Below the pieces are notes generated by a model that made no database searches, was not told where the DNA came from, and saw only the letters and a program-made list of their open reading frames with translations. DNA of 56,940 nucleotides from Candidatus Kuenenbacteria bacterium (lineage in GTDB: Bacteria; Patescibacteriota; Patescibacteriia; UBA11705; JABHMO01), in NCBI GenBank assembly GCA_013202715.1, contig JABMRF010000053.1, positions 1 through 56,940 on the forward strand. Reading direction: 5' to 3'. Position 1 is the stretch's first letter; every line of letters starts with the position of its first letter. Of the stretch, positions 40,535 through 49,465 are shown one piece after another. A program made the translations under genes and the position numbers.

Positions 40535-41689
40535 ATGAAAACATTAAAAGATGTCCTGATTCAAGGTGAAAATGGTTTGCAGTTAGTTGGTAAGCACTTG
40601 ATTCCTGATGAGCCAATGCCGGCAAGAGAGTTGCCCATTGTTCGGGAAGACTTTCTTTCTGCAGTAGAAGCAAAAGATGTGAAAGAGCATAACTTGCGTT
40701 ATGGAAATGGTTTAGAAACAGAACCGCGACTTTTACTATCTTGGTTAATGTTGCCAACTCGGTGTAATCAAAACTGCAAAGGTTGTTATGCTGGAAAAGA
40801 TCGAAAGCGAATGAACCATTGCTTGCCAAATTTTTATTCACCTAAAAAGTTGGATGAACTTTTGGCAACTTTGAAAAGATATGGTGTGAGAACGCTTGGT
40901 TATGGTGGCGTTGGTGAGTTGTTCACTATGAAAAGACCATCTTCGCCAATGGGTTGGCGTGAATATATTGACATGATCATTGGTCATGGTTTCAGTATGC
41001 TGATTTTTACAAACGGAACTTTGTTGACTCAAGAAGATATTGCTTGGATTGAGAAAAGACCAATTAGTTTGATTTTTTCTTGGCGAGATACAGTTGCCAG
41101 TGAGCACGACAAGATTGTTAGATTGAAAAACAGTTTTCAGAACAGTGTTCAAGCTTTGGAGTTCGCACTTCGTGCTGAAATGCAAAATGATAACCGTATT
41201 GGTGTAGAGATTCCGGTTATCAAGTCAAATATCGAGCGAGTGTTGTACGATTTTATTCCTGCTATGCGTTATCTTGGCATAATTCCTTATGCTGAACAGT
41301 ATATGCAGGTATGTACATCTCCAGAAGAAAAGAAAATGAGTTTGAATTTTGCTGAAGCTCGTGGGTTTTTTCAAAGAGCTCAGGAAATTGAAGCAAAGTT
41401 TGGCTATGTGCATCAGACCTGTTTTGGTCAAAGAATGGTTTCACAAACTGCTTGTGATCGACCGGTTTTCTCAGTGACAATTTATCCAGATGGGATAGTG
41501 ACCCCATGTCCTGCTAGCTCGGAGAAACTTGGTAATGTTCATGAATCTTCTTTGGATGAAATTTTGTTGTCTGAAAAGTACAAAAATTGGTTAAAAGATT
41601 TTGGTATATGTGCTTGCTCTGTGTTTTACACAGATGATCGATCGCAGATTCCAGCCAACATTCCAAACTTCTTGGAGGGATTCAAATGA
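40535..41689 (+). CDS. Radical SAM/SPASM protein
   Basis: CNQNCKGC, GGVGE, FTNGTLL, C...TIYPDG.VTPC..LGNV; SD AAGGAG. Confidence 0.9.
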   Translation: MKTLKDVLIQGENGLQLVGKHLIPDEPMPARELPIVREDFLSAVEAKDVKEHNLRYGNGLETEPRLLLSWLMLPTRCNQNCKGCYAGKDRKRMNHCLPNFYSPKKLDELLATLKRYGVRTLGYGGVGELFTMKRPSSPMGWREYIDMIIGHGFSMLIFTNGTLLTQEDIAWIEKRPISLIFSWRDTVASEHDKIVRLKNSFQNSVQALEFALRAEMQNDNRIGVEIPVIKSNIERVLYDFIPAMRYLGIIPYAEQYMQVCTSPEEKKMSLNFAEARGFFQRAQEIEAKFGYVHQTCFGQRMVSQTACDRPVFSVTIYPDGIVTPCPASSEKLGNVHESSLDEILLSEKYKNWLKDFGICACSVFYTDDRSQIPANIPNFLEGFK

Positions 41690-42819
41690 AAACAATCCAT
41701 GACATTCCGATTGTTTTTTCAGAAAAGTTTCCATCTGGCTTTGATAATAGAATTCAAAATTGGGGCTTTTTTACTCGAGAAGAAATTGAAAACAATCAGG
41801 GTAAGCTATTAACTTTGGATTTTGATTTCGGTCGATTTTGCTCACTAAAGTGTCCGGACTGTTTTCGGAAGGTGAGTGTGATTGATGAGCTCAGTTCAGG
41901 TGATTTGTCATATGATCAGATGTTGGCTGTGATTGATCAGGCTGTTGATCTGGGATTACGCACGGTAAAGGTTTGCGGAAAAGGTGAGCCTACTGAAGAT
42001 ACTCGGTTTTTGCAGTTTGTTCGAGATATGTCTGCCAGAGGAGTTGGTTTAGCAGTTTTTACTGCAGGTCAGGTTCTTGGTGATGATGAAAAAGCCAGAG
42101 TGATCAATCGCGATCACGGAATTCGTGATGCAAAACATTTGTGTGAAGAATTATTCAAACTCAATGTAAGCTTTATGCTCAAGTTCCAATCGTTTGATTC
42201 TGAAACACAAGATCTGCGAGTTGGAAAAGATGGTCATACAGCGATTCGTGATCAAGCTTTGATCAATTTAGTGGAAGCAGGTTTTGCTGATGAGTTTCCA
42301 ACCCGTTTGGCAACTTGTTCCAATCCGATTAATAAATTAACGGCCAATGAAGTGTTTGATATTTATGTTTGGTCCCGGCAGCGGAATATCTATCCAATTA
42401 CCGCAGCGCTGATGGTTAGCGGCAAGCAAATTGATAAGCAGTTTTTGCAAGAAAATGATATTTCTGATGATGAAAAGATTCAGCTTTGGACTCAGATTTA
42501 TGAGTGGAACATTGAGCATGGTTTGCAAACTCTGGGGCAGATAGAAAGGGAACAGATTTCAGTCTTACCAGGAATGCATCCATGCAATCAGATCGCTGTT
42601 GGTCTGTATGTTTCTATGACCGGCAATGTTCTTTTGTGTCCAGGTTCCACCGTTTCACTGGGAAACGTGGAAGAGGAATCTTTGGAAGAAATTTGGCAAC
42701 GACAAGTGGGTAGACTTACTTGCCCCGCTGGATTTAATTGTTTTTGTCCACCAAAGGATGGAGTAACGATTCCTCTGAATTTGTATGAGCAAGTTTTGGC
42801 GAATTTGCGAAGCAAATGA
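41686..42819 (+). CDS. Radical SAM/SPASM protein
   Basis: CSLKCPDC, GKGEP, PCNQ...GNVLLCP..LGNV..SLEEIW, CxC; ATGA overlap with upstream gene. Confidence 0.9.
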   Translation: MKTIHDIPIVFSEKFPSGFDNRIQNWGFFTREEIENNQGKLLTLDFDFGRFCSLKCPDCFRKVSVIDELSSGDLSYDQMLAVIDQAVDLGLRTVKVCGKGEPTEDTRFLQFVRDMSARGVGLAVFTAGQVLGDDEKARVINRDHGIRDAKHLCEELFKLNVSFMLKFQSFDSETQDLRVGKDGHTAIRDQALINLVEAGFADEFPTRLATCSNPINKLTANEVFDIYVWSRQRNIYPITAALMVSGKQIDKQFLQENDISDDEKIQLWTQIYEWNIEHGLQTLGQIEREQISVLPGMHPCNQIAVGLYVSMTGNVLLCPGSTVSLGNVEEESLEEIWQRQVGRLTCPAGFNCFCPPKDGVTIPLNLYEQVLANLRSK

Positions 42820-42854
42820 AAATCCCCCGTCTCTCATTCGAGGCGGGGTTTTAA

Positions 42855-42971
42855 ATTACCCCCCACTTAAGTGGGGGCTACCGGCCAGCAGAAAGTTTCC
42901 GGCTTTAGCCGTGGTGAGCGCGCGCAAGCGCGCGTGTGGGCTGCGGTGCCCTGACTTAAGTCAGGGGTAAT
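42855..42971. repeat. REPIN-like element, copy 2 (same orientation as copy 1)
   Basis: ATTACCCCCCACTTAAGTGGGGGCTACCGG...CGCGCAAGCGCGCGT...GCCCTGACTTAAGTCAGGGGTAAT. Confidence 0.85.
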
Positions 42972-43732
42972 GGCCCCTCGCTCCCATCCCACATCATCTC
43001 AAACATCAACCTCATTGAATCCGCCAGATCCTGACTTTTTATTTCAATTGAAAGCAATTCTTTAGCAGAAGTAATTTGCACTACGACGTCATCATAGACT
43101 ATAATTGCTGAGCGCAATTTTTTTTGTTTGTTTGAAAAACGTACGTTGCGAAGGTGTTCTTGGTGCTTTTTTAGAAAAGCTGGCACTTTTTCATCAGCTG
43201 GCCAAATGTTTTTAACTCGGATTTTCTTTTTAACTCTTTCTGTAATTAGTTTAAGTAAAAATTTTTCGCCAACTGCTTTATGTAAATCATAAACCGGATT
43301 GATCCCAAGTATTAATTTTGATTTACATTTGTTTGTATTGGATAAAACTTTTTTTAAGCCATCTTTACCGCGGTAAAATTTAATGTGTGGAATTTTCCAG
43401 GATGCCTTTTGAATTTGCAGATTGAGATTCTGAATTGTTTCTTTGATGTCAGGAATAAATTCGTTTATTTGTTTTGATTTTTGTTCAAAAACCCCTAAAA
43501 GGTGATTGGGATTTTCAACAATAAACCTTCTTTTTCTGTGACTGCCAATAAAGCCGACTAAATCATGTTTTCGTAGTTGGTCTAATTCAAAATAAACAGT
43601 TGCCCGTGGCATTGATAATTCTTTAGAAATTAAGCTAGCGCTGATCGGCCCGCGCTGAATCATAAGCTCATAAACCAGCTGAGCTTTTATTGATAATTCA
43701 AGAAATTTAAATATTTTGCTTAATGTTGTCAT
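42956..43732 (-). CDS. TrmB-family transcriptional regulator
   Basis: wHTH MPRATVY..L..L, PHIKFYRGKDGL; C-terminus LPLT* supplied by the REPIN. Confidence 0.88.
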   Translation of the reverse strand: MTTLSKIFKFLELSIKAQLVYELMIQRGPISASLISKELSMPRATVYFELDQLRKHDLVGFIGSHRKRRFIVENPNHLLGVFEQKSKQINEFIPDIKETIQNLNLQIQKASWKIPHIKFYRGKDGLKKVLSNTNKCKSKLILGINPVYDLHKAVGEKFLLKLITERVKKKIRVKNIWPADEKVPAFLKKHQEHLRNVRFSNKQKKLRSAIIVYDDVVVQITSAKELLSIEIKSQDLADSMRLMFEMMWDGSEGPLPLT

Positions 43733-43881
43733 AAGTTGTTAGACGAAAATATACTTTAATTTAGTTAAATTTATTGTAAATTATTAAATAATTACAATTT
43801 GTTTAATTTGTATTGTTATTATACTGTGAATATCTTATAATTGCAAACAGGGTTGTTCTTTAGCAAAAATTGGAGGAAAAC

Positions 43882-44394
43882 ATGTTTAAGTTTGACAAAA
43901 ATTGTTCGTGCGGTTTTGGGTCTGGTATTTTTACGACTCCGTTTAGAATGCCCACTTTTTTGTCCTTTTTGTTTGATGTCGCCTTGGCATGGCTTTTGGG
44001 AGTATGCTTCGGCGCCACATTTGTGATAGGTTTTATGATAATTGTTCTTATGATTTTTAATTTTTCTTTGCTAACAGAGTTTTTGGAATTTAAAAATTTA
44101 GCCGGAACAGTTATTTTGAATTGCCAACTTGTATGTGCATTGTTTTTCTTTCTTTCATTTAAGAAGTTGTTGACAACCCATGGTTTTTTTTGCGGGCTGG
44201 GGGTTTGTTTTGGTGGAGCTTGTGTTTATTGGAAAATGTTTCGTATTGATTGGTGTTATTGTGCTTTTATTTTGGGTAGCTCTGCGTTCATAACAATTTG
44301 CGTAATGTTATATTTTAGTGAGGTTTTGTTGGTATTTATCCAAAAGAGACAAAAGCATAAACAGAAAGAAGAATACTTGAAGAAACATTTGTAA
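43882..44394 (+). CDS. Hypothetical membrane protein
   Basis: GGAGG SD, four hydrophobic segments. Confidence 0.65.
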   Translation: MFKFDKNCSCGFGSGIFTTPFRMPTFLSFLFDVALAWLLGVCFGATFVIGFMIIVLMIFNFSLLTEFLEFKNLAGTVILNCQLVCALFFFLSFKKLLTTHGFFCGLGVCFGGACVYWKMFRIDWCYCAFILGSSAFITICVMLYFSEVLLVFIQKRQKHKQKEEYLKKHL

Positions 44395-44484
44395 TATTCA
44401 CAAAAGCGCGTCAAGGTTCCGGAATAAAAAGATGATAGAATGAGAATTTTTTCGTTTCTCTGGTTGTGACGTTAATAAAAAAGT

Positions 44485-44512
44485 CCCCGTCTCGATAATA
44501 TTCGAGACGGGG
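44485..44512. terminator. Terminator-like hairpin of a repeated family
   Basis: CCCCGTCTCGA-taatat-TCGAGACGGGG; relatives at ~42825-42848 and ~55127-55159. Confidence 0.7.
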
Positions 44513-44524
44513 TATTTTGTTTTC

Positions 44525-44785
44525 TCAGACCGTTGCCGCTTGCTGGCCATTGGGTTCGTGTCTTGTTGTTGGTTCATCAGGTGTTTCGAAAACCATAACG
44601 ACTACTCCGCCAAACAGTATTTCCAGCATCGGAATTATTTTCGTGGTGCTGTAATCTTCATCCATGTATATTGTGGCATCCGTTCTGTCATCTGTCAGAT
44701 ACCAGCCATCGATCCAATGTTCCAGGAATCTGCCGGTTGGTACATGTTTGAATGCATGGTGACGAGATTCTTCGGGATTATCCAT
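44525..44785 (-). CDS. Hypothetical protein (86 aa)
   Basis: GGAGG SD, upstream TTGACA promoter. Confidence 0.6.
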   Translation of the reverse strand: MDNPEESRHHAFKHVPTGRFLEHWIDGWYLTDDRTDATIYMDEDYSTTKIIPMLEILFGGVVVMVFETPDEPTTRHEPNGQQAATV

Positions 44786-45031
44786 TTTTACCTCCAGTTT
44801 GGGAAAGAAACATCAATATATGAGTTTAATGCAAAGTTTTAGTTTTGTCAAGCATGTAAACGCAAAAGCGCAAAACATTAAAAAACGCAAAAATACAAAT
44901 CTTATTTTGCCTCTTGGCCATGAGCTTGAGGCCGAATGGCGATTTGGCACGTTTTGCGTTTTTCCGTTACTAAAAACTGCAACTCGTGTGAGCTGCAGTT
45001 GGTTTGTTGTTTCTTTCTTCTATTGCGTTCA

Positions 45032-46792
45032 CTACCAGGACAACGCGTCGAGAATTATTCTCGTAATAAACATGCTGTCTGGCGCGAGATAGTTTGCTAT
45101 CCCCCAAACCATCCAAGGCAGGACGGCCCATTTCCATGCACTTTGCCACCGCACTTGTACGTATCCACCAAGCAATACTAGCAGGGGGTCACCGATCAAG
45201 CGATTGGACCAATGTTCGTGGCCAACTTTCCAGGCCGACACTCCCTCTCCGAAAACTCCTAACTCAAGAAGGTACTCCACGAGCTCCCATCCGTATGCAA
45301 TGGCGAGAGTGATACTGAGTAGCTTCATGACTGAAAGCTTTGGGAAGAAGCGTTTCAGGGAAGCGAGTACGACCACACCCCAGAGAAAGTGTTCAATAGA
45401 CCACATGTCGAGCATCACCGCTTCTCTGTCAATGCCATACTTTTCTGGCACAACAAGGCAAATTGCGAGCAGCCCGATCAGGGTATCGTGGAAGATGATC
45501 ATGGGTTTTGGGATACTTGTTGGGTCCCACTTCACAAACTTGTAGACCAAGACCACCAGAAATGCCAACAGCTCATTTGCCTTGTTTGTAAGGAATATGA
45601 AAAAGCCGGAAAGAGAGGATATGGACAAGGCGATCCACTTGGCCGGTGAAGTTCCTAGCGTGACTGGCAACGTGTTTTTGTGTCCAGTGTCAATGTTCAC
45701 ATCTTCAATGTCCTTGATAATCTCCCGACCAAGGATCAGAGTGAAGAAAACACTGTACCAAGTCCAGATATACGCATCGCTTTTCTGGAAAAATACTGAA
45801 CCGCACAGGACAGGGCTGGCGCCACATCCAGCTACAATCAGGTTGTTAACAACAACCAGTTTCTGGAGGTATGAGTAAGCGAGGCCAAGCACCAGAGTGC
45901 CAAAGCAGAAAAGTGCCACGACAGTATTTAATGTTGCAAGCAAGCTGATTGCTGCCAAGGTGATGCCTGTGAGTCTGACCCAATACGACCAGAATGCCTC
46001 AGGATGATCATACGCCAACCGTTTTCCCTTTTGTAGATCGTGGCTTCGATCATACCAATCATTGAAAGTCATGATGGACATGTGTAACAGTGAGCAGGAC
46101 AGCGCCGCAAACAGGGCGACCATCCAGTCTACACGATCCTCCCCATACATCACAAATCCAGACAAGGTGAGGAGAAATGTGAAGATGGTCCCCCTGATCC
46201 TTCCGGTTTTTATGAACTCAACGAGCGGAGGCGCCTCGGATGCGAGCGGATTTTTGTGACCAAGTATCACGTCTACCAAAACCGCGCTGAGAAACACCAG
46301 ATATCCCGCCACAATCAAGTAGATCGATGTCTTCTCGATATTCCCAGACAAAGCATGCAAAAGACAGATACTTGAAACGGCTACGCTCACACCAAAATAC
46401 GCAAGGTGAACTTTACCGCCAAGACTGACTTTGCCAGGCTCTGGAAAACTCCAATTGGGTTTGTACTTCTGATGTGTACCCACTCTGTACCACGACCATG
46501 CCCCAAACACCAAAAGAGAAAGAAAAATTGCCCACTCTCCAAGTTCGATCCGTCCGTACCAGGCCAGGTGTGCAAAGCCTGAGACGACCAGCCCGAGTCC
46601 AACCATGTCGCCCCAAGTTTGACAATGGCCATCTTGCCAATGATTGAATTTTTGGTTTGTGCCATGTATGGCACTCCCGCGTGCGGGAATTCTTCCCCTT
46701 TTTAGCTCCCATTGTTGAACAAAATATTGCAATAAGCAAGCGACCCCGTTCAAAAGGAGGCTTACTAGGACAAGAGTCCAATTTAGTGTCAT
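45032..46792 (-). CDS. UbiA-family prenyltransferase (DGGGP synthase-like) fused to additional N- and C-terminal membrane domains
   Basis: NDWYDRSHD and GREIIKDIEDVNID Asp-rich motifs, TLPVTLG; AAGGAGG SD. Confidence 0.8.
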   Translation of the reverse strand: MTLNWTLVLVSLLLNGVACLLQYFVQQWELKRGRIPARGSAIHGTNQKFNHWQDGHCQTWGDMVGLGLVVSGFAHLAWYGRIELGEWAIFLSLLVFGAWSWYRVGTHQKYKPNWSFPEPGKVSLGGKVHLAYFGVSVAVSSICLLHALSGNIEKTSIYLIVAGYLVFLSAVLVDVILGHKNPLASEAPPLVEFIKTGRIRGTIFTFLLTLSGFVMYGEDRVDWMVALFAALSCSLLHMSIMTFNDWYDRSHDLQKGKRLAYDHPEAFWSYWVRLTGITLAAISLLATLNTVVALFCFGTLVLGLAYSYLQKLVVVNNLIVAGCGASPVLCGSVFFQKSDAYIWTWYSVFFTLILGREIIKDIEDVNIDTGHKNTLPVTLGTSPAKWIALSISSLSGFFIFLTNKANELLAFLVVLVYKFVKWDPTSIPKPMIIFHDTLIGLLAICLVVPEKYGIDREAVMLDMWSIEHFLWGVVVLASLKRFFPKLSVMKLLSITLAIAYGWELVEYLLELGVFGEGVSAWKVGHEHWSNRLIGDPLLVLLGGYVQVRWQSAWKWAVLPWMVWGIANYLAPDSMFITRIILDALSW

Positions 46793-46919
46793 GTGACACC
46801 TCCTTTTGGTTATAATTGATTGCCGAAGTCCAAAATCATCTTATAATTTTAGAATGATATTGTCAAAGTGCAAACAAAAAAACTGCAATCCGATGTTCGA
46901 ATTGCAGTTGGTGAATCAG

Positions 46920-46993
46920 CGCGCCGGGCAGGACTTGAACCTGCGACTCTCGGCTTAGAAGGCCGATGCTCTATCCAGCTGAGCTACGGGCGC
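46920..46993 (-). tRNA. tRNA-Arg(TCT)
   Basis: Cloverleaf; anticodon arm TCGGC-CTTCTAA-GCCGA; GGTTCAAGTCC. Confidence 0.95.
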
Positions 46994-47000
46994 ATTTCTG

Positions 47001-47177
47001 CTAGTCCCAGTCCTTGAAATCTTCAGGTATTCTGTCCGGGCATTGGGTGCAACCTACGGGCGTTGCGCTTCCATTACATGCACGGATCAGGTCGTCAGGA
47101 CCTACGACTGCCCTACAGTTGGGATTGGGACACGTGTAGGTTGTTTTCGCCGCATCGAACGTTTCGCGATCAGGCAT
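47001..47177 (-). CDS. Small zinc-ribbon-like protein (58 aa) inside the tRNA cluster
   Basis: AAGGAG SD; CPNPNC...CTQC. Confidence 0.65.
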   Translation of the reverse strand: MPDRETFDAAKTTYTCPNPNCRAVVGPDDLIRACNGSATPVGCTQCPDRIPEDFKDWD

Positions 47178-47209
47178 CAGGAACTCCTTTTTGGGTTTGT
47201 TGAACGGAG

Positions 47210-47283
47210 AGCTGGCGAGGGGACTTGAACCCGTAACCTGCTGATTACAAATCAGCTGCTCTACCAAATTGAGCTACGCCAGC
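47210..47283 (-). tRNA. tRNA-Thr(TGT)
   Basis: Anticodon arm CTGAT-TTGTA-ATCAG; GGTTCAAGTCC. Confidence 0.95.
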
Positions 47284-47292
47284 AATGAAAAG

Positions 47293-47585
47293 AAACGGTG
47301 CAACCGAACCAATGTCGCGCTTTGAGCAGGTTAACGCGAGTATTGGCAGGTTGCGGGGTGGCAAGTACACCATTTTTCCAGCACCATATTCGTGTGCTGG
47401 ATTAACGTTAGTCCAGCACGGATTCAACAGCCGAGGCAGATGTAGCAATCAAAGGACATGACCCTTTCGGCTTGCCTAATCTACTTTCTGCGGCAGCTGC
47501 CACTAACCGTAACTGGGTGGTCATAACTTTGGTGAATAGTAGTGTCACCTTTTGTTATAACCCATACGTCTCCTACTTGACGCAT
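47293..47585 (-). ncRNA. Unidentified highly structured spacer RNA between tRNA-Glu and tRNA-Thr
   Basis: Several nested stems across ~290 nt; no convincing ORF. Confidence 0.45.
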
Positions 47586-47587
47586 CG

Positions 47588-47660
47588 CGTCCCCAAGGGG
47601 ATTTGAACCCCTGTTACTGGCTTGAAAGGCCAGCGTCCTAACCGACTGGACGATGGGGAC
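47588..47660 (-). tRNA. tRNA-Glu(TTC)
   Basis: Anticodon arm CTGGC-CTTTCAA-GCCAG; GGTTCAAATCC. Confidence 0.95.
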
Positions 47661-47672
47661 AGTTGAAACGAG

Positions 47673-47746
47673 TGAGCCGCAAAGGAGTTGAACCTTTGAC
47701 CCGCAGATTAAAAGTCTGCTGCTCTACCTAACTGAGCTAGCGGCCC
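47673..47746 (-). tRNA. tRNA-Lys(TTT)
   Basis: Anticodon arm GCAGA-CTTTTAA-TCTGC; GGTTCAACTCC. Confidence 0.95.
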
Positions 47747-47814
47747 GTTTGAAAATTGAACTTGTGACTTCCTCCTTTGTGATGAATGATTGTTAAAAAT
47801 CTATATAAGAGATA

Positions 47815-47843
47815 ATTATAGCAAGAATTTAATTATTTGTCAA
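47815..47843 (-). promoter_or_regulatory. Promoter of the tRNA operon
   Basis: TTGACA-17-TATAAT on the minus strand. Confidence 0.75.
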
Positions 47844-48033
47844 CCCTAAACCATTCCTTCGTCAGGTTCAGGGTAAAGCCTTTGCTAATTTTAGCAATAT
47901 TTTTGTGTATATTTAGGGCTTTCTTGCAATTTAATTATAACATTGATTTTTTGGAAAGAAAAAAGCCCTGAAGTACATGCGTATTCTCGCATGACTTCAG
48001 GGCAAGCCCCGCGTGGCGGAGCTAGGAGTTGCT

Positions 48034-48501
48034 CTAGATAGTTTTGATTAATCCTGGGACTCTTCCACAAGGATATTTGGTTTGGAATGCTGAAATCCTT
48101 TTTGGTGTGTAATAGTCTGGACAATAGATGTCATCACGCATTGGTCTTGGCATTCCGGTTTTGTAGACCAAAACGGTTTGCTCAGTTAGTAGGCCAGAAG
48201 GTCCGACAACTTCAGAGTTCTGCCAAAACAGTTCATTTGTTGTTGGATTGAAGCACTGTCCATGTTTGTCGAAGTCTGTAAGAAACACTTCAGGCATTTC
48301 AGCCAGAATGCTTTTAAGGGTGTCGCCCGCTTCAACAGTGATTACTATATCGAAATAGTCATATGCCTGAATACAGCTGACCATTGTAGTGGGCTCAATC
48401 ACAGCCGGTTTCCAGATAATGTCATATTCAGCTGCCGATGCCGGCGGCTGAATTCCAATCAAGAGAGCAAAAACGACAAATGATAGAAATAGCTTTTTCA
48501 T
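48034..48501 (-). CDS. Secreted protein with LysM-like motif
   Basis: Signal peptide; ITVEAGDTLKSI; AAGGAGG SD. Confidence 0.7.
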   Translation of the reverse strand: MKKLFLSFVVFALLIGIQPPASAAEYDIIWKPAVIEPTTMVSCIQAYDYFDIVITVEAGDTLKSILAEMPEVFLTDFDKHGQCFNPTTNELFWQNSEVVGPSGLLTEQTVLVYKTGMPRPMRDDIYCPDYYTPKRISAFQTKYPCGRVPGLIKTI

Positions 48502-48519
48502 GTCTCCTCCTTGAGTCTG

Positions 48520-48867
48520 TTAACAGCTAAAGGGATAAGTGTAGAGAGTGATTTTTAGCCAATCAAATGACCATAGGATGTCGAAGCCATCTGTGTCTGG
48601 ATCAATTGCGCTGGGATTTTCATCCAAAAAATATCTCCAACTAACCGAACCTTGATTGTGATGTTGTTCAAGTTGCAAGGCAATATCCACCAAGGTGTCG
48701 CCATCGTCAGGAATCACTAGATAGTATATTTCTGTTTGACAAATGTCACTTGGCCCAATTCCGCCATAAGTAAGGAATGAGTTTAACGTATGAAATTCAG
48801 CTGCTTTTACTGGTGTGCAAAATGAAAAAATCATTACAGCTACAATACTACCAAGAATAGTTTTCAT
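48520..48867 (-). CDS. Secreted protein with LysM-like motif
   Basis: Signal peptide; VIPDDGDTLVDIA; AGGAGG SD. Confidence 0.7.
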   Translation of the reverse strand: MKTILGSIVAVMIFSFCTPVKAAEFHTLNSFLTYGGIGPSDICQTEIYYLVIPDDGDTLVDIALQLEQHHNQGSVSWRYFLDENPSAIDPDTDGFDILWSFDWLKITLYTYPFSC

Positions 48868-49313
48868 TTTTTCGCCTCCTGTTTGCATTCATTACCAGTA
48901 TCGATGGTTTGTCCCGCTGGAACACCGAAAATCGATTTGTGACAGCGATGAAGGGGCCAAGTGAGCTTGATTTTTAGTGAGGTGTTGTTTGGTAAAAGAG
49001 TAGATCCGTTATGATATTTCAACCTGTTTAGAGTTTGTCGATTTTGCTCCCAAATTGTGTTGACAACTTCTTGTCTGTGAACTGTTACAAGAACGTCATT
49101 GATCTTGTCTGCAAGACTGGCAATAGAATCACATTTGCCTGTTTCAATTCGAATAGTTGTTGTGGAAAAACATCTTTGGCTCTCAGCAGAAGCTATGATG
49201 CTGTATGCTGGCCCGACGGTGATCTCTCCAGCTCTGGCTGGTGAAGCGCAGGTAAAGGCCAAAACCATGATCATAAAGAAACAGCCAGCTATGTTATTTT
49301 TGTTTCCTTTCAT
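48864..49313 (-). CDS. Secreted protein with degenerate LysM-like motif
   Basis: Signal peptide; TGKCDSIASLA..IWEQN..LLP.N.SLKI; stop overlaps next start. Confidence 0.65.
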   Translation of the reverse strand: MKGNKNNIAGCFFMIMVLAFTCASPARAGEITVGPAYSIIASAESQRCFSTTTIRIETGKCDSIASLADKINDVLVTVHRQEVVNTIWEQNRQTLNRLKYHNGSTLLPNNTSLKIKLTWPLHRCHKSIFGVPAGQTIDTGNECKQEAKK

Positions 49314-49465
49314 TTGGTGCGTTCCTTTTTTTTTGGTTTGGCAGAGCCCGCTACTCCAAAAGCAAAAAACACAGCCAGTATTAGGGCAAGTTTCTTGATC
49401 ATTACTGACCTCCATGGTCTGGGTTTGTCAAAGGGCTTTAGACTATATATATATTAAAATAAAAA

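Noticed and set aside
47178-47448. ORFs 47001-47267 (extension) and 47245-47448
   Set aside because: They overlap tRNA-Thr; only the SD-led ORF from 47177 is kept.
46920-47746. tRNAs lacking encoded CCA; possible prophage attachment site
   Set aside because: Non-encoded CCA is common; no integrase or duplicated tRNA 3' end was seen.
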